In this document: positions 46,991-52,330 of the stretch, one piece after another | How positions within the stretch are numbered: position 1 is the stretch's first letter | How the letters are laid out: each line of letters begins with the position of its first letter | DNA from: a virus | Lineage: Duplodnaviria > Caudoviricetes | IMG/VR virus record: IMGVR_UViG_3300020473_000042 | Location: 1 to 52,330 of that record | Reading direction: 5' to 3' (one strand) | DNA: 52,330 nt | Notes under the pieces: generated by a model | The model's input: only the letters and a program-made list of their open reading frames with translations | Told to the model about the DNA's origin: nothing | The model's database searches: none | Translations under genes and position numbers: made by a program

Positions 46991-48633
46991 TAGTATCCAA
47001 ATACGCTATCTGCTGGTTGAAATGTATCTTTCTTTATCTGGTTAAATATGCTGTTCTGTGGTAAACCTGTTGGTCTAGTCATGCACATATATCTTAAAGC
47101 ATCGTAGGCGTGATCATCAGACTTGGTGTCTACATCCTCACTGTTAGTCTTAGACAAGGGTATCGTAGGTAGAGTCCTTATTAGGTTTGTACAGGTAGAG
47201 AATATCTTTAGTTTTGGTTCGTCTGTACGCTCGTCTATGGCTAATCTTCTGTGTAGCTCTATTTTTCCAGGTATTCTGTTTTTATCTGCTGGTATCCAAC
47301 GTACACCGTTGCGTATCATTGACTCAGCTATGCTCGGCCCTGTACCGTGTTTAGACCAACAAGCCCCATCCAGAACAGAAATCTGCATCAGGGGATCATT
47401 TTCCTCTAATGCGTTGATTATTCTTGCCAGAGTTTCGCCTGTGTATCCCTTGTCGTATAGTTCCCTGTATATAAAGATGTTTCCATCCCAATCTACAGCA
47501 CCCCAAAGTACGCAACTAGGACTACTATAGCCATAATCGGCTGCTCGTAGTCTAGGCCAGTTATATGGTACTTCAAACGGTTCAACGACATGTACAGACC
47601 TGTCAAACTCTGAGAATGCTGCACCATCTGCAACATCCCAATCCCCTTCTAGAAGTCTCCTGCGTTCTACTTCTGGCAGGGAAAGCAACATGGCTTCGTA
47701 TTCGCCACTTTCCATCAAAAACGGATTATCTGTTAACCTTGCAGGTATAAACCGCCTTTGGTACAGTGGTTCATCAGCGTGTTCTGGGTGATTAGGCCCA
47801 TAACGTAATACTTTACCACTGTCAATGTCTGTAGCCCAGAATGGTTCGTTAGGAATTGCAGGGTCTACAAACATTTTCTTTAACCACCAACCCCCTACGC
47901 CTCCAGGATTGGCAGAAGCTCTCATATACGTCTGGATCTCTGGATCAGTAGTACGTAGACGAGATCTAAGGTAGTTCCAGACATACGGCGTTGGGTATTG
48001 ACCTAACTCATCTACACCGATCCAAGTAAAACTCTGTCCTTGATACCTTGTAACGTCATTATCCTTGTCAACATAACTGAATAACGCTGTAGCACCGCTA
48101 GGAAACGACCAAGTATTCTTGGATTCTCGAAATACTGCACCTGGAAATGCCTTTGGATACAGCTTTCTTGACTGATCTACTAATTCTGTCAGTTCTGCCA
48201 GCGTCCTTCTCAGTAGTAACGCCCTGTGATTACCGTTAGAGGCGTAGCGTAGAAGGTCTACCAGCATTGCAAATGACTTACCGCCACCTGCTGCACCACC
48301 ATATAATACTTCTTTTTCTGGTGCTGCCAAGAAGTCAACCTGTGGACCCTTATTGGGTCTGAATACGACTTCTGTGTTCTCTTCTATTGATTCTCTTATA
48401 TCTTTAGGCAGTGAATCAATAAATTCTTTTGTTGTTGCTCCACCAGAACCAGCTAATTTCTGCCCATTCTTCTGTCTGGCGTGTGTTTCTTGTATGGTAT
48501 TGAGCTTTTTCTCTATAGAACGCTGCTTGTCTTTAGCTGCTTTTAGCTCTTTTCTTACTTCTCTCTTTCTCTTTTCTGTCCTTGAAAGATTATAACGCCC
48601 CTTTTCTCCAGGCTTCAGCTTTGGTCTTGCCAT
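46990..48633 (-). CDS. terL: Terminase large subunit
   Basis: Walker A YGGAAGGGKS; Walker B WIGVDE; ASANPGG; nuclease ADYGY and DHAYDALRY. Confidence 0.97.
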   Translation of the reverse strand: MARPKLKPGEKGRYNLSRTEKRKREVRKELKAAKDKQRSIEKKLNTIQETHARQKNGQKLAGSGGATTKEFIDSLPKDIRESIEENTEVVFRPNKGPQVDFLAAPEKEVLYGGAAGGGKSFAMLVDLLRYASNGNHRALLLRRTLAELTELVDQSRKLYPKAFPGAVFRESKNTWSFPSGATALFSYVDKDNDVTRYQGQSFTWIGVDELGQYPTPYVWNYLRSRLRTTDPEIQTYMRASANPGGVGGWWLKKMFVDPAIPNEPFWATDIDSGKVLRYGPNHPEHADEPLYQRRFIPARLTDNPFLMESGEYEAMLLSLPEVERRRLLEGDWDVADGAAFSEFDRSVHVVEPFEVPYNWPRLRAADYGYSSPSCVLWGAVDWDGNIFIYRELYDKGYTGETLARIINALEENDPLMQISVLDGACWSKHGTGPSIAESMIRNGVRWIPADKNRIPGKIELHRRLAIDERTDEPKLKIFSTCTNLIRTLPTIPLSKTNSEDVDTKSDDHAYDALRYMCMTRPTGLPQNSIFNQIKKDTFQPADSVFGY

Positions 48634-48634
48634 A

Positions 48635-48814
48635 CTATCCTAAATTACCTTTAGGCTTTCTTATAGCGTTAGCGTAGTTTTTCTTTCCCTGAAACTTAAT
48701 CTTGTTTTTGTTACGTTCTATTTTCTTCTCCAACTCACGATTAAAAAGACGCTCTATTATCTTTTTTTCATTCTGTCTTTGATGAAATTCTAAACTTCTA
48801 TTAAAATCAACCAT
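48635..48814 (-). CDS. Small basic protein (59 aa), not in ORF track
   Basis: MVDFNRSLEF...KKNYANAIRKPKGNLG; fills the gap between 48817 and TerL. Confidence 0.65.
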   Translation of the reverse strand: MVDFNRSLEFHQRQNEKKIIERLFNRELEKKIERNKNKIKFQGKKNYANAIRKPKGNLG

Positions 48815-48816
48815 AT

Positions 48817-49119
48817 CTATGAATCCACAAACTTTGCCTTACGAACACCACCGCCATATGCGTATTTCTTGACGTAACCACCGCCAGCTTTGCTAATTTG
48901 TAGCTGCTGCCTACGTGCTTCATCTAGAATTTTTTGTAATGAATCTGCACTCATTTCATTTACACTTCTAGGTACAGGAATATTTAATTGGTTCATCCTA
49001 GAGACTATATCTGCTTTTCTTGCTGTCTCGTGATTATATATTCCTTTTCCTTGTGACATTCTTTCCAGTATTTCTGCTTCAGTATCTGGATCTATAACTT
49101 CACTAGCTTTGTCTGCCAT
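48817..49119 (-). CDS. Hypothetical protein with C-terminal GG motifs
   Basis: 100 aa ending KAGGGYVKKYAYGGGVRKAK; coupled to TerS. Confidence 0.75.
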   Translation of the reverse strand: MADKASEVIDPDTEAEILERMSQGKGIYNHETARKADIVSRMNQLNIPVPRSVNEMSADSLQKILDEARRQQLQISKAGGGYVKKYAYGGGVRKAKFVDS

Positions 49120-49538
49120 TACTCTGTCTCCTGATCTATAACGATCTCTTTTGGTTTATCTTTGGAGGGTAACATTACAATGCCATGCATTATCTGTCCC
49201 TCTACTTCTACTTGCTGTTTCTTTCCAAGACCAACCCTGTCAAGAACAGACTCTGCTGTTTTGATACGCATATCCATCTGGTTCAATGGCGTTGTACCGT
49301 CAGCATCTAAACCTTCTAATATTCTGTTAGCAGCCTTAACAGAGTTTGTTGCAAGCATACTTCTAGTGCGATCTATAATCTCGTCACGTAAAGAACGTGT
49401 TAACCAAGATCTAGATTGTTCTTTGTATCCTGCAGCAACAACGGCTTTCTTGACATGTCCCCCATTCGAGATGAGTTCTTCAAGAAAGCGTTCTTGTTTT
49501 TCTGTTAATTTTCGTTTCTGTGTGGCTGGCAAGCTCAT
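49119..49538 (-). CDS. terS: Terminase small subunit
   Basis: LTEKQERFL..AVVAAGY HTH; AESVLDRVGL; GIVMLPSK; upstream of TerL. Confidence 0.85.
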   Translation of the reverse strand: MSLPATQKRKLTEKQERFLEELISNGGHVKKAVVAAGYKEQSRSWLTRSLRDEIIDRTRSMLATNSVKAANRILEGLDADGTTPLNQMDMRIKTAESVLDRVGLGKKQQVEVEGQIMHGIVMLPSKDKPKEIVIDQETE

Positions 49539-49632
49539 TCTTTAGTTTCTTTATTTTTTCATTTACTACTATTTGGTATTTTAATCTTGGAAAATGTATA
49601 TGTTCTGTCAGTTTGTTTAACACTTGCTCCAT
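49480..49632 (-). CDS. Possible 50-aa leader ORF overlapping the terS start
   Basis: GGGAG RBS then MEQVLNKLTEHIHFPRLKY...; terS itself lacks an obvious RBS. Confidence 0.3.
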   Translation of the reverse strand: MEQVLNKLTEHIHFPRLKYQIVVNEKIKKLKNELASHTETKINRKTRTLS

Positions 49633-49689
49633 TTTCTCCCACAAACAGAAGCGTACCCTCCCTGTTCGCTGTATATTGTACTCACTTTG

Positions 49690-49913
49690 TTAAAGTTAAG
49701 TTTGCGTAGGCAATGCGCTCGTTCCCTCTAGCGTGTAACGGAGTTACGTCTTACGAACTGCGTACTCTAACGTTTAATGATAAAAAGGAAGTCCCTGCGT
49801 CTGTTGCCTACGCAAAACACTCTAAAACCATGAAGTGTGGATTATAAGTTCGTCCTTCAATATAATAATATTGTACTTGGTTGAATCTGAACTATAATTT
49901 TATCCACTGTTAA
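49690..49913 (-). ncRNA. Candidate structured RNA / long leader upstream of terS
   Basis: Perfect 13-bp inverted repeat 49701-49713/49804-49816 with extension and internal stems; second stem domain 49837-49907; starts just after a consensus promoter. Confidence 0.55.
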
Positions 49914-49919
49914 TATTAC

Positions 49920-49995
49920 ATTATAGTGCTGTAGAACGTTTTGTCAAGTAAAAAATTAAAATAATGCTTGACAGATTGCTCAGAAGTATTATAAT
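49920..49995. promoter_or_regulatory. Back-to-back consensus sigma70 promoters
   Basis: Minus: TTGACA 49947-49942, 16 bp, TATAAT 49925-49920. Plus: TTGACA 49968-49973, 16 bp, TATAAT 49990-49995. A/T tract between them. Confidence 0.8.
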
Positions 49996-50336
49996 GGTGT
50001 ATAACACCTACGGGCGGTATAGTATGTATATGTACTATATTGTTTATTGTCAAGAAATAGCCCATTATAACCTAAAAAACCCAAAAAAAATAAAAAATAT
50101 GGCAGCAGTGTATATAGAGTTATACCTACCCCCTAGTGGCCCATGCGTGGGGTTGCTCTTTTGTTCCGCACATCTTCTCGCAGAGGAATTGTATTGGTCT
50201 AAATAGTTGTGTAAGGGTTAAATATACGCCCTTGTGATAAAGTTCTCTCGTCACACGTACACACACGTGTTGAATACTATCTGACAATTTTATTTGCTGT
50301 GTTGAGCGCAGGGTGGCGTGTCCATTTAGACAAAGA

Positions 50337-50373
50337 AATAACCCAGACTATCCAGTGGACAGAATGGGTTATT
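50337..50373 (-). terminator. Intrinsic terminator-like hairpin
   Basis: AATAACCCA...TGGGTTATT with an inner stem; followed by UCUUU on the minus strand. Confidence 0.55.
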
Positions 50374-50389
50374 GTGTTATCAGCCTAGT

Positions 50390-50479
50390 TTATGCGAATT
50401 GAGTTAGGACTGTGAAAGATTCGTTAGTTATAACTGCGATAGTGTAGATTGTTATAATAGCTATTATTGCTTTAAGCAT
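50390..50479 (-). CDS. Small hydrophobic peptide (29 aa), not in ORF track
   Basis: MLKAIIAIITIYTIAVITNESFTVLTQFA; GAGG RBS; followed by a terminator-like hairpin. Confidence 0.45.
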   Translation of the reverse strand: MLKAIIAIITIYTIAVITNESFTVLTQFA

Positions 50480-50534
50480 GATATTAACCTCATTGTTTAC
50501 ATACTAAACGTAAATAAATGAGATATTATTGGAT

Positions 50535-50567
50535 AAAAAAGAACCCCGAACTATAAAGAACGGGGCT
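50535..50567 (-). terminator. Intrinsic terminator of the early minus-strand genes
   Basis: GCCCCG...CGGGGU stem followed by UCUUUUUU. Confidence 0.7.
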
Positions 50568-50656
50568 AAGTTTTAGGGAGGTATGCAGAATATTAGAGCG
50601 AATAAGCTATAAAAAACCCGCTTGCCATTACACTCATTGCGATCAATACGAACTCT

Positions 50657-50944
50657 TCAGGCTTTATCATGTTGTACCTTCACTTTCATACGAGATCCTT
50701 GCTGAATTGAACGTGGCGGTTGGTCTGTGAACTCACAAGACTTATTCTTAACAGTGCTAATATCATAGTGGCAACGAATAACTGTTATAGTCACCTTGTC
50801 GTCAACTATAGCGTCTGGATCGTCAGGGATGCCCAACTTGTCAAGAAAGTCTGCCCAATCATTGCACATAATATGAGAGTTCTCGAAGTCATCCTTGGAC
50901 AGTGTGATTAGACGGCCAGAGATTGGTGTTGATTGTTTCGCCAT
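50657..50944 (-). CDS. Hypothetical early protein
   Basis: 95 aa; GAGGAG RBS. Confidence 0.65.
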   Translation of the reverse strand: MAKQSTPISGRLITLSKDDFENSHIMCNDWADFLDKLGIPDDPDAIVDDKVTITVIRCHYDISTVKNKSCEFTDQPPRSIQQGSRMKVKVQHDKA

Positions 50945-50946
50945 GA

Positions 50947-51129
50947 TTATATCTCCTCTACAAATACTTTATCTTGGCAAGACTGGCACAAGCCCGAAAT
51001 ACCATATTCACGATGCGATAACTCATCCTTGAAAAAGACTGCATCCTTTTTACATGAGACACAGCGATCAATTGGTAAGTTATGCTTATCAGCAATCACT
51101 TGCATTAGTTCTAATAAATCAGTCGCCAT
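50947..51129 (-). CDS. Small Zn-binding early protein
   Basis: CVSC...FKDELSHREYGISGLCQSCQDKVF; GAGG RBS. Confidence 0.75.
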   Translation of the reverse strand: MATDLLELMQVIADKHNLPIDRCVSCKKDAVFFKDELSHREYGISGLCQSCQDKVFVEEI

Positions 51130-51141
51130 TGTTTTATACCT

Positions 51142-51336
51142 CTATTTTGTTGTTGATGGTGTAAGGTTATAATTCCTTTTGGTTTGAATTGCAAGACAAA
51201 ACCTGTCCCAGTCGAAGCTTGCGTTATCTTCTTGGAAATATGAACATAAATCAGAGACAAGCGAGCTGTCCCAGTTTACGTTATTTTTCGCCAGTATATG
51301 AGCGAACCTGATATAATTAGCACGTGACATTGACAT
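51142..51336 (-). CDS. Small early protein
   Basis: MSRANYIRFAHIL...FQEDNASFDWDRF; AGGAGG RBS. Confidence 0.75.
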   Translation of the reverse strand: MSMSRANYIRFAHILAKNNVNWDSSLVSDLCSYFQEDNASFDWDRFCLAIQTKRNYNLTPSTTK

Positions 51337-51338
51337 GA

Positions 51339-51575
51339 TTAAACCTCCTTTTTCTTTAAACGGCTGATTGGTTTACCATCAACAGTGTCAACTAATTGAC
51401 CGTTGTGGTTGTAAAACGTGATTGTGTCCAATGTGCCATTATCATTAGTGATGTCAATTTTCAGAATGTAGATCAGATCGTCACCAACAGAACTAGACGG
51501 ATACTCATTGGACTCAAACTCGATACTTTCAACGTGGTGGAAATGATGCGAACTTCCCATAATGTTATACCTCAT
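51339..51575 (-). CDS. Hypothetical early protein
   Basis: 78-aa ORF; the true start may be the internal ATG after GAGG. Confidence 0.6.
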   Translation of the reverse strand: MRYNIMGSSHHFHHVESIEFESNEYPSSSVGDDLIYILKIDITNDNGTLDTITFYNHNGQLVDTVDGKPISRLKKKEV

Positions 51576-51589
51576 AATTGTTAAAGTTT

Positions 51590-51619
51590 AGGGCGGTATC
51601 TCTACCGCCCTTTATTGTT
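51590..51619. terminator. GC-rich stem-loop with its U-tract on the plus strand
   Basis: AGGGCGGTA-TCTC-TACCGCCCT followed by TTATTGTT. Confidence 0.55.
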
Positions 51620-51697
51620 AACCGAAAAATACCATTAAAGCAACAATTATTGCAATAATAACGCCAAGCTTATATAAGCCGATTATTGCTTCATACA

Positions 51698-52330
51698 TTA
51701 TGCGCTTAAAAGCTCTTTAGATTTTGCCAACGCAATAGCTTTAGTATCTCGACCAACGTCACCATAGAATGCTTTGTTTAGTCGATTGTCAGCACCATGA
51801 TCTCGCACTGGTTTATGATCGGCCATGTAGGTGACAGTATTGAAAGCACCCCAGAGCGTACCTTTAGCACTTGACATGTCCCAACCATGATTGATTGACA
51901 AGTTAGGCTCTGACAACAATTCCTTGTCAGCGTCTATCTCTTCTATTGTCTTACCTGACACTAGAGCCTCGACTTGCTCTTTAAGCTTGGCAATCTCAGC
52001 GTCTTTTGTTTCCTTGCGCTTGCTATTCTCAGGATTGAACTCTTGACCTCTAAAATATGCCATTGCTTTTCTTACTGCTTCTGATCTGACAATAACATTG
52101 TTATCAGTTACTCGTTCTTTACCGCCGAACACTGATTGAAAAAACTCTATTTCTTCTTCACCAGTAAGAACCTTTTTTGCCATTGCTTTAGCTAGCTCTT
52201 CAAACTCGCCGAAGTTTTTGCTGGATATTCCCAACGCCACTTTTAAGGCTTCACGATCAAATACGGCTCGATGGTTATGGGTAACAATGTCGTCAGCACT
52301 CTCCATAGCCAGACGCATAGTATTGGCGCA
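51698..52330 (-). CDS. DUF932/DUF945-like protein, N-terminus beyond window edge
   Basis: SAKGTLWGAFNTVTYMADH...RLNKAFYG...KAIAL signature; frame open to the window end. Confidence 0.8.
   Translation of the reverse strand, partial: CANTMRLAMESADDIVTHNHRAVFDREALKVALGISSKNFGEFEELAKAMAKKVLTGEEEIEFFQSVFGGKERVTDNNVIVRSEAVRKAMAYFRGQEFNPENSKRKETKDAEIAKLKEQVEALVSGKTIEEIDADKELLSEPNLSINHGWDMSSAKGTLWGAFNTVTYMADHKPVRDHGADNRLNKAFYGDVGRDTKAIALAKSKELLSA

Noticed and set aside
49819-49828. GTTTTAGAG on the minus strand resembling the start of a Cas9 repeat
   Set aside because: Single 9-nt match with no repeat-spacer array; it is part of the RNA stem
49964-50206. 80-aa plus-strand ORF from the track
   Set aside because: Starts upstream of the -35 of the plus-strand promoter, has no RBS, and runs through promoter boxes and A-tracts

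Overview
AT-rich, gene-dense segment covering most of a marine podovirus (tailed dsDNA phage) genome. There are three blocks. (i) Small minus-strand early/host-takeover genes lie at both window edges (1-1629 and 50390-52330, including a DUF932-like protein); both edges cut through genes. (ii) A plus-strand T7-like replication/nucleotide module (1723-11707) encodes a DPPY methyltransferase-like protein, family A DNA polymerase (Tyr762 type), two PD-(D/E)XK nucleases, SSB, primase-helicase, endonuclease I, DUF3310 and a B12-dependent class II ribonucleotide reductase; no phage RNA polymerase is present in the window. (iii) A long minus-strand morphogenesis operon (49538 down to 11841) encodes TerS, TerL, portal, a SleB-domain protein, lysozyme, scaffold, major capsid, two 2OG-Fe(II) oxygenases, adaptor, nozzle, tail fibres, large internal virion proteins and holin. 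From recall, not a search, the structural genes resemble HMO-2011-type marine phages; the promoters and holin hint at an alphaproteobacterial host. The most notable unexplained elements are: a 787-aa protein with a tyrosine-recombinase catalytic domain between TerL and portal; three copies of an RNA internal-loop motif around the scaffold start; a ~225-nt structured RNA leader ahead of TerS; a gene overprinted on the portal 3' end; two metallothionein-like micro-ORFs missed by the ORF track; and short repeated peptide motifs in head/internal proteins. All calls come from manual motif reading, with no database searches or folding software.
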